A stretch of DNA of 64,000 nucleotides from Eledone cirrhosa (lineage: Eukaryota), in contig OZ024741.1 in the NCBI GenBank assembly GCA_964016885.1, positions 140,244,001 through 140,308,000 of the forward strand, written 5' to 3'. The notes under the pieces were generated by a model. The model was not told the DNA's origin. It did no database searches and saw only the letters and a program-made list of their open reading frames with translations. The position numbers were made by a program, and so were the translations under genes. Below, piece by piece: positions 50,396 to 64,000 of this stretch; position 1 is the stretch's first letter, and each line of letters begins with the position of its first letter.

Positions 50396-53300
50396 ATGTC
50401 TAATGATGAAATCTCATACCGGATCGGCCGTCACCCGGGTAAAAAAGGGCCGCGTCCCTCAGAGAGGAACCAGACTGGGGTCGAAAAATCAGCTAATGGT
50501 TCAAACCTTCCCATCACTTCGGAGCTGGAGACCTCCCATAACCGGAATACTCCTACTGTTGGCCCTCCATGCTCACCACCAAGAAATCCAAAGAAAAAGA
50601 GAGAAAAATGGTCAAGGGAAGATAATAAAGAAGTCCTTGAGGCTTTCTACACTGCCATGTACTACCCATCAAATACATCGAATACAGAGCAAACATATAT
50701 CAACTGGAAAAAGAAACATCCCGAAAACAGAGGCTATATTGACAGTAACAAACTAGCCAATATACGAAGAAATATTGTAAGAAAAAAGTTACTAACTGAT
50801 ATAGAAATTGATCAGATCAAGCTAGTAGCACAAAGTCAGCGAAGGGAAAATGAAGCATGTGTCAGTGAAAACGAGGTAAACTGTAACACTTCGAATCCCA
50901 GAGTTGGGGCGGAATCACTGGCAATAGAACAAATTAAAGAAAGGAGCGAAAAAGTGGAGGGAGTGCATGCTCAGGATGAAACTCCAAATGAAAATAATGA
51001 GATCGTAAATGATAAAGAAATGAATGAAAATGAACTTGCCAACTTGAAGGATGAAATTATGATCGAATGGATGAAAATGAAAGAATCTGACATGGGGGAA
51101 CGAGACACCCTCCCTAAGATCCAGAACTCCAAACAGAACCAAAAGATAATACACAAGACTAACATAATTCTCAAAAACATTATCATCACAAACAAACTAA
51201 GCATTACTGACTTAAATCATCTCTATTATGCATCGGCTAAAGTCACCACTCACTTATGTGGAGTGAAGATGAAAAAATAAAGGAATTCCCACAAGAAATC
51301 TACTTGGCAAGATAACATCAATCGCCAAATAAACCTTCTCCGATCTGACATAGAAATTTTAACAAACTATAAAGTAGGTGAACATGTTAAACAAACTAAA
51401 CTTAGAAAATTGAAAAAAAAGTACAGTATAAGATCAACATGTGACATAGACATGCTGATAGAAACAATCAAGCAAAAAGTGTCGGCCAAAGCTGCTCGTA
51501 TAAGGCGCTTTGAAAAACGATCTAGATTCTATAAGGACAATAATATGTTCAAAAACAACCAAAGAAACTTCTACAGAAAAATTGGTAAGTCAACAATAAC
51601 TGCTAAATCAATACCACCCAAGGAGGAAGTGCAAGAATTCTGGGAAAAGATCTGGGCCGAAGAAAAAGTTCATAACATACATGCCCCATGGATAGACAGA
51701 CAAATGAAAGAAACAGCTCACCTTGAAGAACAAACATGGGAAAATATAACAGTTGAACAGCTGCGCTTGGCTCTAAGAAAAACCAGCAAATGGAAATCCC
51801 CAGGAAAAGACAAAATACAAAACTTTTGGATAAATGCCTTCACAGAGTCTCATGAGCTGTTAGCCCAACTTTACAATGAAATAGTTAAGGAGCCAGAAAA
51901 GATACCATCATGGCTAGTTAACGGCATTACATTCCTGCTACCGAAGAATGATGAGACAAACAATCCCAAAAATTACAGACCGATAACCTGCTTGACCACA
52001 ATGTATAAAATTTTAACATCAGTCCTAACTGAATACACATATGACCACCTGATAACAAATGACCTATTTCCCATTGAGCAGAAAGGGTGTAAACGAGGCT
52101 CATATGGCTGTAAGGATCAGCTTCTGGTTAACAAAATGATACTGGAAGATTGTCATAATAGACACAAAAATCTATCGATTGCTTGGATAGATTATAAAAA
52201 AGCATTTGATAGTTTGCCACACAGTTGGATTGAAAAAATGTTTAGAGATTTTCAAAATATCCCCCGTTATCAGGAGGTTTTTGTCATTCAGTATGAGGAC
52301 ATGGAGATTGACACTCCTTTTGAATAGTGAAACAAAATCACTGGAAGCTGGAGAAGTTAACATTAATTGTGGAATTTTTCAGGGTGACTCTTTATCACCG
52401 CTTTTATTCTGCATCGCACTTATACCATTAAGTAAAATGCTCAATGAAACAAAACATGGATATAGAGTCTATGACAAAACCATTAATCACCTGTTCTACA
52501 TGGATGACCTGAAACTATTTGCAAAAAATGATGAACAATTGCAAGGGCTATTATCCACTGTGAAGCAGTTCAGTGATGACATTAAAATGGAGTTTGGACT
52601 GGATAAATGCGCCAAAGCAACGTTCACCAGAGGAAAGCTGCTGAAGAGTTCAGACATTAATCTTGATCGGGGGAACGTGATAAGAGAGCTTGATCAAGAA
52701 CAAACTTACAAATATCTAGGTGTTTGTGAAGGAGACGGAATCAAGCACTCGACAATGAGGGAAAGGATAAGGAAGGAATGTTACCGCAGAGTCAGAGCAA
52801 TCTTAAGAACGGAATTGAATGCAAGGAATAGGATCGATGCCATAAACACGCTTGCCATACCAGTAGTAACCTACAGTTACAATGTCATCAACTGGTCAAG
52901 CACAGAGATCCGTAGGCTCGATACAAAAATCCGAAAATTCTTAACCATGCACAGAATGCATCACCCTAAGGCAGACATAGATAGAATATATCTCCCTAGG
53001 AAAGAAGGAGGACGTGGGTTAATCCAGTTAGACATTGCGTTGAAAACTGCAACAATTGGATTATCCACATATCTAAGGGAATCACATGATTGGATGATCA
53101 AACTCGTTTTGAAACACGAAAGCACCAAAAGATCATATTCCATTACAAAAGATGCACAAAGATACAGTAATGGACTACAAATTTCAGAAGCCCCATTTAC
53201 TGCTGAAATGGAAAACACAGAAAAAGCAAAGCAGGTAAAAGTAACTGCAAAGAAAGAACTGCTACAGAAACTGGCTAAGAAATGGCAAGAAAAGCCTCTG

Positions 53301-54047
53301 TATGGAAAATACCCAGAGCGAGCTAACAATCCTGATGTTGACAAAACTTTAACCCATCAGTGGTTGGCATCCTCTGGACTGAAATCGGAGACTGAAGGAC
53401 TGATTATATCCGCACAAGATCAGTGTCTGCCAACAAAAAATTACCAAGCCAACATAATAAAAAATGGGTGCAGCCCATTATGCCGTGTATGCAAAAAACA
53501 ACCAGAGACCATTGACCATATAATTTCAATGTGCAGTCCTATAGCTCCAACCGAATACCTAAACAGGCATGACAGAGCTGCACAATACATACATTGGATA
53601 ATGTGCAAGCATTTTGACCTGCCCCATCAAAAGAATTGGTGGGAGCATCAACCACCTCCCATACTTGAAAAAGATCACATCTCAATCTTGTGGAACTTTA
53701 GCATCCAAACAGACCGAAAAATAGATGCAAATAGACCTGATATAATATTGAAGGACTTTCAAAGGAGGGTATGCCTGCTAATTGATATGTCTGTTCCAAT
53801 AGACAAGAATGTATCTATAAAAACATTTGAAAAATTGAGCAAGTATAAGGACCTGGAGATAGAAATTGGAAAAATGTGGAAATTGAGAACTAAAACAATA
53901 CCAGTGGTTGTAGGCGCTCTGGGAATGATACCTAAGGGGTCTAACGACTACTTATCGCAAATCCCAGGAAACCCGCGTATAGGAGAAATACAAAAGATAG
54001 TACTAATGGGAACTGCCCATATACTAAGGAAGATCCTGTCAATATAA
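50396..54047 (+). pseudogene. R4/Dong-clade RT-RLE polyprotein with one in-frame stop (51278) and one +1 frameshift (~52235)
   Basis: KSPGKD, YRPITCL, FQGDSLSP, HLFYMDD, CRVCKKQPETIDHIISMC, RHD, RPDIIL..IDMS..EKLSKY. Confidence 0.92.
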
Positions 54048-54205
54048 GTACATCACAAGTCTAAACACTAAGGATGCATGTGTGAATATGTGTGTTCTTT
54101 CTTGAACATGGCGGACCTTGTTGTCTCTTGAGGTCACTGGTTGTGACTTGGTGATAACTCGTATAAACATAAAGCAAGATAAATGCAAATAATAATAATA
54201 ATAAT

Positions 54206-57200
54206 GATTTCTTTATTGGACAAAAGGGCAGACACCAAGAAAAACATTACAGACGGCACAGGACGGTACAGAACGGTACGATGTGGGTTTTGTGCGTGTA
54301 AATATTTTTATTATTTTAATAAGAAAAGAAAAAAAGGACATAGAAACATATATATATATATATATAAACAATAAAAATGAAAATTGAAACAATGAAAAAT
54401 TCCCCAACAGGGGGGAAACGTCCGAGGGTTACTCGTTGCGAAAACCACATGTAAGACCACGGCCACCCTGACCACCAGGGCAAGCGCCCTCTCTCAATTT
54501 TTCCATCTCTCAAACTACAGACGTATATTCAGAGTGGTCCCTCGGACCATTCTCGCTACATTCACCCACCTTTCAACAAACTTGCTAGAAGGCAGCACTT
54601 GCCTCTCCACCCTGATTTTCCTCTTGAAGTGAAACTTGAAAAAGTTAATTAGGGATTCGCCGAAGAGGAAAGTGTCTGTCTTTAACCCTTCTAAACTTGT
54701 CCACCACGCAATCTCTTTCGCCATGGCCACCAGGCAGATGAAAACCGCCTGCCCTTCCTCCTCTAATGGACTCAGTCGACAACCGGATCAGTCCTACACG
54801 CGACAGCAACTGTTCGACATAGCTCCACAAGTCAGCAATGCTCGGGCACTGAACGAGTGTGTGCACGACGGTTTCGTCGCTCTGCGCTCATCTCGGACAG
54901 GCTTGGCTGATGGCACTTCCGTGCCTGTAGAGCTTATCTCGAACCGGCATAGCTCCCCGGTAGCACTGCCAGGCCAGGGATTTTTTGAAGTTATCCATAG
55001 GCCCCGGAAGCGAGCAAACAGCTGATCATCGACGCCCAGGATCTCTCCGAGAATGTCGTCGCTCTTCCCCTCCACTAGTCCTCTATAGAACGCCGAGGTG
55101 GATGTTCCACCGATACTGGTGCCCAGCTGACAGAGGCCAGTGAGCGCCTGGAGACATTCCATGTTCCAAGCGCTATCCCTCGGTCTTTTTCTGACCCAGG
55201 ACTGCAGCTCCGTCAAGGAGACGAGCTGCGGGAAAACGTGCCTGGCGAACGGCGACCACACCTGTTCACCATCAAGGAAGCACCAGAGATATCGCAGCCT
55301 CAGCGCATGTTCGCGCATCATCAGCCATGGCATGCGCAGTCCTCCATGCAACGAGTGTTGATAGCAGATGGATCGTCTGACCATAGGAGCGCGTCCCTTC
55401 CACAAAAAGCGGAAGAGGAGGCGCTCCATTTTGATGAGAGTTGGGCTGGAGCAAGGGACGACGGTGAGGCGGTAACAGATGACGGATGCGATGTACGCAT
55501 TCGCCACCTCCACCCGGCCTTTCAGGCACAGCTTCCTCTCGGCCCATTTCTGGGTGGGAGGCCACCCTGCTCGTCACCTCGTTCCAGTTTTTCCCCATCT
55601 AGAGGTCCGGTCCAAACCAGACACCGAGCAATTTAACCGGTCCGTCAGTCCAACTCCCCACGACGCCGTCGGACAGCATGGACTTGCCTCTCCTGGTGCC
55701 GAGCTGCAAGCCCACCGACTTTTCCTGGTTTATCTTTGCTCCTGTCACCACTTCGTATTCCTTGAGAGCTGAACCGAGCATCTAGATGTGTCTGGTGCTT
55801 GACACCAACACAGTGACGTCGTCAGCGTAAGCCGAGTCGGATTTCCCGCATCCTAGTTCGCGTGGGACGCCCCTCATCGCCCCCAGTTTGTGCAGTATCG
55901 GCTCGAGAGCCAATATGTACAAGAAGGACGAGAGGGGACAACCATGGCGAACTGAGCGCATGATGCTGAACGGCTGCGACAGGTGACCGTTCACCCTCAC
56001 AACTGAGCAGATGTCGCTGTACATTGCTGCGATCCAACACCTGGAAACGAGCCCGAAACCGGCTGCCTCTAGGACCGCCGCCAGGTACCGATGGTCGACC
56101 CTATCGAATGCTTTGGATTGATCCAAGTTGATCAGGGCCCCACCCGTGCCAGGTTCCCTAACCACCCTCTCTATGATGTATCGCATGAGGTGGAGGTTGT
56201 GATGTATGGATCTGTCCGGAATGGCGTATGTCTGCGCCTCTCCCACAAGACCCTTGACCACAAGCGCCAACCTCGTTGCTAACACCTTGGCCAAAATCTT
56301 GAACTCTGCGTTTAGCAGGGTTACGGGCCTGAAATTATCGATAACATCCTCCTTGTTCGGGTCTTTTCTCAGCAGCGCCACTGCTCCCCGGCTCACAAAA
56401 CTGGGAATGCACCCGTTCTGCTGCCAGTTGCAGTAGACGTCGGTCAAGAGGTCACCGAACAAGTCTGGCATAAATGCATAAAGCTCGTAGGGCAGACCAT
56501 CCAAACCTGGCGATTTACCCCTTGTGCAGTTAGCCATTGCTTCCCGTATTTCACCGGCTATTACTGGCTTTTCACAACAATGTGCTGCGGTCGGCGAGAG
56601 CCGAGGCAGTCTGTCGAGGTATGCACTAAAGTCCATGTCCCGACCCCCCCCCCCCCCCTCCCCGCCCCCGAACAGTTCAGCAAAGTGCTGCTGAAAACTT
56701 CACACATCCGCTCGGTTTCGAGCATCACGCACCCGTTTCAGTCAGACAAAGACTGAATTGTGGCTTTGTTGCCACGTCGCGCCTCTGCCACTCGGACACA
56801 TTGGACGGCTTTTGTCCCCTCGTGTTTCAGAGCACGCGCTCTAGCTCTGACAACGCAGCCTTCGTGTTTTGCGTTGAAGAATTGGTCGAGTGCTAATCTC
56901 GCCGCAAGCACGTCGGTTGCGGTGCCTGTCCTAAACGCCTCTTCTAGCTTTCTGACTAGCTCTCCCTCTACTCTATTTTCCTCTATCACTACTCCTTTGC
57001 TAAACCTAATCGACTCTACTTTAATTTCCCTTTTCAGGGCGAATCACCACCTGTTGTTGACGACCGCTCCCGTCAAAGCCCGCTTAACTAATACGCTTAT
57101 CCGGTCTTTGTAGGCTTTGCGTGACGGGAAAGAAGCGTTCAGCTTCCAGTAACCAGGCCCTTGTCTATGAAGTCTGTCTATGTCGATCTCACAGATCACA

Positions 57201-59281
57201 AATTTGTGGTCTGTGTAGTCGAATATTTTAAATTGTGGACAACTTATACTAGCCTTATCTAGTTCTCTGCAGAACACACCTATCGAGATACGATCTGGAT
57301 GACCCGATGCGGTTTGTCCATGTCCACTCTGGCACATTCCGGTGATCCAGACAGTTCAAAACGTCTGAGGAGGTTGGTGAGGCTCTTGCACCCTCCTCCC
57401 CTATCCACTTTCCCCACACGATCCCAACGTGCATCCAAGATACCGTTCAGTCGCCCACTAACACAGAAGAGCGGGACGTTCCAAGAAAGGTCTCTAGACG
57501 TCTGAAGAAATCTGGCCGTCCTGCCCCTGTTGGGGCGTAGACGGCTACTAGCCTGAAAGCATTGCCTTCGCTGCCGGTCACGGCCAGCACCACCGACTTA
57601 TCTTCTGGGTCTATGAAGATGGCCCGTATCGCGAGATCCAAGCCTCTCCGAAAAAGTACGGCAACCCCTCCTGTCAATCCCGGACGGCTGGGGGATGCGT
57701 ACACATCGTAGCCGCCGAAGATCGGTGCGAAGGCTTGTGCTTCGGAGATTATGGTTTCACTAATGGCCACCACATCTATGTTTAGTGACCTGAGGTCGTT
57801 GAGCAGGTGACCCTGCTTCCAAGAAGACCCCAGGCCACGTGAATTTATAATGCCTATTCTGAGTACGGCCATGTTGAATGAGAAACGGGAAAAGTGAGAA
57901 AGGGTCACTTACCTTGTTCGTGTGGTGAAGGGACAGTAGAACCGTCCCTTTCGCTGGTCATGGGTGTTTCCAAGAGGATGTCAATGTATATCCTCTTGGT
58001 AACCGACCCTCTGAAGTCTCCAACTGCGATGGGGAATTTTTGTTTTAAAGGTGTGTACTGTTCTATTGAGATTTCAATGATGCTTATGTTTGTCGGGAGA
58101 GTTCTTGGTGTTGGTAGGGTGTAGTAGTTTTTTCTGTGATGTCTGTGTGCTGCTTTATATATTTTATGAATTCTTTTTTTGATGTTTATGGCTGTGTACT
58201 TTTTGGAGGAAGGAGTGATGTTGTTCCTGTTTTCCTCTTGTTGCTGTTTGGTGTGTGTGTCTTGTTGTGCTTGTGTTGTTGGTGTTATTGATGATGCTGG
58301 TGGTGGTGTGGTTGTTGTTGTCAGTGGTGCTTGTGGTGGTGATGGTGGTGGTGTTGCTGCAAGTTTCCTTGCCCCTTTACCCCTCTTTGTATGCCTTCGC
58401 TTTTGGAAGGTGAATCTAAGGGTTTTTTGTTTTTTTGTTTTTTGTGGCAAACCGTTTGCCACTTCACTCCCGCCTCAAACTCCATGTCGGATTCTGTGGC
58501 GTCTGGGAGGGGTATGTGCTCCACGGTTGTTGGTGGTTGTAGTGGAGCCCTCTTGGGCAATTTTGTTGCTGGTGTCGCTACTTCAAATGTAGCTATTTGT
58601 GTTGCCGCCACTGATGATGCTGCTTTAGTTGTCCGTGGCCTTGGTCCGGGTGCTACGGACGTTGCCTTCCTACTCACCGTGGAAGGGGCTTCTGCGTTTG
58701 TTGCCTGCTCTGCTCTTGGTAGCAGCGGACCAGGTATATGTCTTCTGCCGGCAAAAGACCCTGAGGTGACCCTTCGCCCCACAGAGATAACATTTTGGCC
58801 GTCTTCCTTCTACACTTATAGGGAGTTGGAGTCCTTCCTCGATGTCTATGATATCGGGGATAGCGTCGATACATTCCTGGTCAGCTTGTATAAGCATTTG
58901 CATGCCTGACCAGTTCTCTCTCCCTATTTTTTCAACTTGCAGCATGGTCGTCCTGTTCTTGATTCCAGCAAGGACAGACGCGGCCAGCCAAGGTATGGGC
59001 ACGTCGGGTGGGACCTGGGTCACATTGACCCTCACAATTTTCTGCCCGCAGTAGGAGGGCACCAAGACTATCTCCTCACTCTTTAGGGTTTCCAAAGAGT
59101 GAGACTTTGCTTCCTGGGGGGTGGGGAAATGTTCGTCGACTGTGGCGTACTTTCTGCCTCGGGTGATGTGGGTTTTGCGTGCCCAGACGCACCCCAAGGC
59201 ATTTTGGATTTGAGCCTCCGTGGCTCTCTCCACCCGATGTGAGATTTTGCTTACGGTGCGGTAAGTCACCGTCCGTAGCTG
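54206..59281 (-). mobile_element. Tx1-2 copy, 5'-truncated within ORF1, degenerate (ORF2 57872-54515; ORF1 remnant 59281-57905)
   Basis: Collinear with 8936-14082. YADD, APE motifs and knuckle CYLCGAKGHLRVFC present. 3' end abuts (ATT)n. Confidence 0.93.
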
Positions 59282-59704
59282 ACATCAGAAACAAAGAAAC
59301 AATTTTTTTGCCAATAATACCAACGAAATTATATTTAGCTGAATTTAAATTCCTGCATTTTTATCGGTCTCATTATTTTTTCCTTAATCTTCCCGCATGT
59401 ATAGAGATGATAATTAGAGGGATGGGATATGATGTGATTTTTGTTGTCTAACAAAATGTGCCATGACATAAAACTATATGGCACATTTTTACCCCTCCCC
59501 ACTTTGCTTATTATAAATAATACATCCTGAAAAATATTCAAATAGCACATTTTTTTAAATTGTTAAAGGAACCTATGATTTCTATTACAATCTTTGATAC
59601 AGTTAAGCAGAATAATATGAACTAATTATATGTTGCAGAAGATTTAAAAGAGAGATACTGAAATCATATGCGGCATATAACGCGAAATTTATAAACCTAA
59701 TAAT

Positions 59705-59813
59705 TTAACTACTCTCTCATTCATTCAATCTCTCTCTTTTTCTCTCTCTCTCTCTGTCTCTCACTCTTTTTTTTTCTCTCTCTTTATATATATATATATA
59801 TATATATATATGC

Positions 59814-59850
<37 letters not shown>
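59705..59850. repeat. (CT)n/(TA)n/(GT)n compound microsatellite
   Basis: Direct read. Confidence 0.9.
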
Positions 59851-59851
<1 letters not shown>

Positions 59852-60859
59852 CTTTTGTGGTGAAGGAGGTGTACCTATGTGTCTGTATTTATTTGTGGGT
59901 GTAGAAGAAGTATTTTTTTTTCCTTTCTTCTAATTTCATTCATGATTGCTTTGAAATTATCACGACCTATAAAACAAGGATTTTTGAAGTTCAAAATGCT
60001 GGAGAGTATATTATCGTAATAATAGAGATAAAGAAAAGATCAGTTACATACACCATTCATATTCGAGATATTGCATCTCTACCATCATGTCGTTAAGGCA
60101 TGGTGTCAGTTACAATCTTGTCTACATTATGGATAATCTTTATTTTTTATTACTGTATCGATTTTCCGTTTAGATACACGCACACAGCTTGATATTTACG
60201 AACTTATCAATAATTTGAGTAAAATAAAATATCTAAACTCATATTTTTAAAAAGTATTTTATGTACGAAATTACTGCTTCTATGCAAATAGATTTATGGA
60301 TATAAGTTATGTTTCGTGCCTGTTCATTCTTTTTTTTTCTTTCTTTTTTCTAGTAACTTGGTACAGTAATGGTTGTATGTATAAAATGTCGCTGAATAAC
60401 GATATGGCTGTGTTCAATTGTTATTGCATAGTATATGGTGAATATGTCTTTTAGCTATTTTAGTACCATCATGAAATCCTTTCTGGTTTATCGATACACA
60501 ACTGTTTGTTTTAAATGGTTATATTTATCTAGGATCTCCCATCATAGATTTATTTGAATGCATTTAAAATTTACACCAACTTAATGATCTGAAAGTTAGT
60601 TACATTAATGAATCTCTTCAAATTCATCGTTATTTCCAAAATTATTTCAAAATGATAAGCACTTTGTTTCATAATTTTTATGATAATGGAGGGTGAATAT
60701 ATTTTCTGCTTGACCAGTAAATTCAATCACACCCCTTTTCTTCATCCCCTTTAAAGCATGTCATCAAGAATAACCCTGAAATGACTTCTCCCATAAATTC
60801 GAGTTGACCAATGACTTATGAGTAGAAATTTGTAGATCGGAACAGCAGGATGCCGACGT

Positions 60860-61030
60860 ATATAACCTCAGCGACCGCACAAACCCGCACTTATATCATC
60901 TATTTCATCTCCAAAATGCTCAAACACAACACCCATGGCCGCCCCGTCGTATCCGCTGGTAACAGCCCACCAAACTCAACTCCGCCTACCTAGTAGCTTC
61001 ACGCCACATTGTCAAGCTGGTCCTTACTAT
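60860..61030 (+). mobile_element. Decayed Penelope-like element RT fragment
   Basis: Translation KMLKHNTHGRPVVSAGNSP..L.SAYL resembles the PLE RT motif PKIHK..PGRPIVS...PT..IS.YLD. Confidence 0.55.
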
Positions 61031-61316
61031 CATGTTTTTCCTTAGAGACCAACTTTTACCAACAGGTAAACGAGATGTCGATGGACACTTGAATGAGTTC
61101 CAACTAGGCCAATTCATACGTCTCGACCACGGCCATTATAATGATGACAGTGTCACCTCATTCACACGAGAACAGCCTGACGCTTTTCTCTCTTCTGCTT
61201 CTTTCCCTCTGCCCTCAGAATTTTGAAAATATATATATATTTTTTTTGCATCAACTTAATTGAAATATGTATTATAAAAACGTATCTACAAACATGTATT
61301 CACTAATATACATTAA

Positions 61317-61493
61317 TTGTTTCTATTTTTGGCACAAGACCAGCAATTACCCAGTGCATTACTGGTACTTTATTTTATCGACCCCGTAAGGATGAAAGGC
61401 AAAGTTAACCTCGGCGGGATTTGAACTCAGAATGGCAAGGGCCGTAATTCTATGCGTCAAAGCATGGCTTCCGACCCTTTACCGATATTGCCA
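61317..61493 (-). mobile_element. SINE, full length, with 20-bp TSD ATTCACTAATATACATTAAT
   Basis: TSD at 61298-61317 and 61494-61513. A and B boxes on the minus strand. Confidence 0.92.
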
Positions 61494-62254
61494 ATTCACT
61501 AATATACATTAATAATGTTATAAAAAGGATATCGGGGAGATGGGATTGGGGCAAACAAAACTGCAGTAATGAACAGCTGTCTTTAGTGAGTTACTTTTGT
61601 ATCGAAATCCTTCATTACTAGAATCATTCAAACAATTTCGTCATCACAACTTTCGTTACCACATGGTCCAGGTATATAAATAATGCTCATTTGTTTTTTG
61701 TGAATAAAGAGCTGCAGTTGAAAGACGTTTAGATTGTGTCCAGCAATGCCATAGGAAACAACAACGGGATAAATATTATTTGCATTTAGGAATCTCTCAT
61801 AATAGAATTGTATATATTCTAAACATTGTTTTTCATGATTTAAGCATAGGGCAGATATATGACGTACATATATAATACGTGACATCATTGTCAACACTCA
61901 TAATTCCTGAAAGCTACGTCTTTCATATTGTTAGTTTCCAGCATTGAAACGAAAATTCTCCATTAGTGGTTTGTTGAATTATATATGCCACAATTACAGA
62001 TAATGCAGTGAATATAGATTCGCTCTTGTGTTCGAAGAATGTACATGCATAACCACAACAGGGACACACACGCATGTATATATACATATATATGTCCAAA
62101 GGCTCTGATACCATCAAGACTATAAACATAGAGCTGGCATATCTAAGAATGACTAACTGCCTGATGAGGTCATAGCCATTCAATGGCTATCATCGAAATA
62201 TATATAGCAGTAAATAAAGGATTATGAGTTCATGCAATTGACTTATGTTTCGTC

Positions 62255-62288
<34 letters not shown>

Positions 62289-62892
62289 AATTTACCGCTC
62301 GTCCTCCTACGTTACATGCATGTTGCACTGTTAAGTGGTAGGGGATTCCAGGCCGGCATTCCAGTGGAACAAAACATGAGGGAATTCACTAAAATCGGAA
62401 TCTTGGTTCAATTGATTTTGGCCTCTACTTAGAGGATTTTAATTTAAAGGTTTTGGTGTATTAAAAAATATACAAGAAAATATATCGTCCTCTTGTTAGT
62501 GACGTGAAATTTTGGGAAGTCACGGTGGCTTTTGGCGTGTAGGATGACGTTATAGTCCCCATATTACAACCATTCTATCCGTCTTTGTGTACTCACACCC
62601 ACACACACACATACCCGCCTCCCCCACACACACATATACATATATATATCAATGCAATGATTGATATATATTACTTTAACGTGTGATAAAGCACGAAAAT
62701 CTTCTCAAAATGTTGACCGTTAAACCTTCATCGGAAAATAGAATGATAGATGAGAGTAAGGAAAGAAAGAAAGCGAAATAATTTAAAGGAGAAAGATTGT
62801 TTTGTAATTCAGGCTAGAGACGAATTTCAACATTGTGTTGACATTACATAGTTCCTTGATCTTAATATATGTGGTATGGTGATGGATAGACT

Positions 62893-63010
62893 ATGGCGGT
62901 AGGATGATATGCAGAATGCTTTGCGAAAATCCGTCTCGTCCTTTGACATCTGAGTTCAGATCCCATCGAAGTTAACTTTCCATTCCAACCTCTCAAGGCT
63001 GATACATAAT
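62893..63010 (+). mobile_element. Decayed SINE relic
   Basis: ctgagttcagatcccatcgaagttaactttcc resembles the SINE B-box and core. Confidence 0.5.
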
Positions 63011-63642
63011 TTAACAATCCACTACTTTTATAAATTGATTCTTTCTTAATATATATTCTTCAATTACTCTCAGGAAAATAGAATGTGTTCTGATCTGGAC
63101 ACGGAAGGGCTCTGTCACGCATAAAAAGGCCAAATACGTTGCGATTAAAAGTCGCCCAGGAAATAAGGAACCATTGACAAGTTGTCGGAAACCAGAAGTG
63201 TATATACGTACGGGAAATTGTTTCTTGAAGGTTTTCAGTATGCACACAAAGAGAGGAACCTCGTTTCTTAACAAGCGGTACTTTTCTAGATATCGCTTCT
63301 ATTGCAGGAGTGGTGACCTGTTGTGCATAATTGAGGAAGTGTTGGATTGGATTATTACTCTTATTGTGAATGGATATTTGTGATTCTATATTACGTAGAC
63401 TGCAAGAAAATGACTGACGGAACACAAACATGATTTTATTCCGTTTCTTCTTTTTATCACAAAATTCCTCATTCTCATTCTACATTCTGATGAAGGACTC
63501 GCCTCCAAATCTTTGAGACACTTTTCTTACTATATCAAGCGTTCAACTAATATATATGTCTTCAATGTAGTGTATCGTTTTGGTCTTTAGATTTCCACAT
63601 AATTTTCGTATTCACATAATTTTCGTATTCCACATAAATTTC

Positions 63643-63822
<180 letters not shown>

Positions 63823-64000
63823 GTTGAGTGTGTGAGTGGTTCAGTTAAGCAATGATCAACTGTGTTCCAACTGTGACCATGACATCAATTATAGTGTATC
63901 AATGTCTAATATATTTTTTGTGTTTTTATTTGTCATCTATCTACAGCGGGTCAAGCAATCGCGCATCTAGGCACGCTATATATATATATATATATATATA

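Larger units (their letters stand above)
49375..54187 (+). mobile_element. R4-B retrotransposon, near full length
   Basis: ~1-kb 5' UTR, ORF 50396-54047, short 3' UTR. TAA tracts on both sides. Confidence 0.95.

Noticed and set aside
52225-52245. Programmed frameshift or readthrough in R4 ORFs
   Set aside because: Lesions differ between copies and fall in A-runs; R4-clade elements have a single ORF.
61628-63431. Short minus-strand ORFs (61628-61897, 61923-62183, 63011-63431) as host exons or transposase relic
   Set aside because: No recognisable motifs or convincing splice structure; would need BLASTX.
63484-63520. CTGATGAAGG hammerhead-like start
   Set aside because: No properly placed GAAA, stem III or stem I.

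Overview
AT-rich, microsatellite-laden eukaryotic DNA with no recognisable host gene. The SINE family resembles, from memory, an abundant octopus/cephalopod SINE, so that origin is an unverified inference. About 50 kb (8.6-59.3 kb) is a nest of non-LTR retrotransposons mostly separated by (TAA)n tracts. It holds three R4/Dong-clade families (RT + CCHC + restriction-like endonuclease; called R4-A/B/C here) on the + strand. It also holds two Tx1-clade families (gag-like ORF1 with zinc knuckle; APE + RT ORF2; called Tx1-1/2) and a tRNA-headed SINE on the - strand. All appear to use the same TAA/TTA microsatellite, with opposite polarity. Other highlights: two unrelated fold-back elements with outward-facing hammerhead-like cores (3.3-3.7 kb and 44.4-44.7 kb); a perfect 5' splice-site motif conserved out of frame at the Tx1 ORF1/ORF2 junction; a possible pseudoknotted RNA in the R4-B 5' UTR; a 5' module shared by divergent R4 families; an ORF1/ORF2 chimeric Tx1; and a probable 3.5-kb inversion. 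Family names are local labels. Alignments and folds were done by eye and boundaries are approximate.
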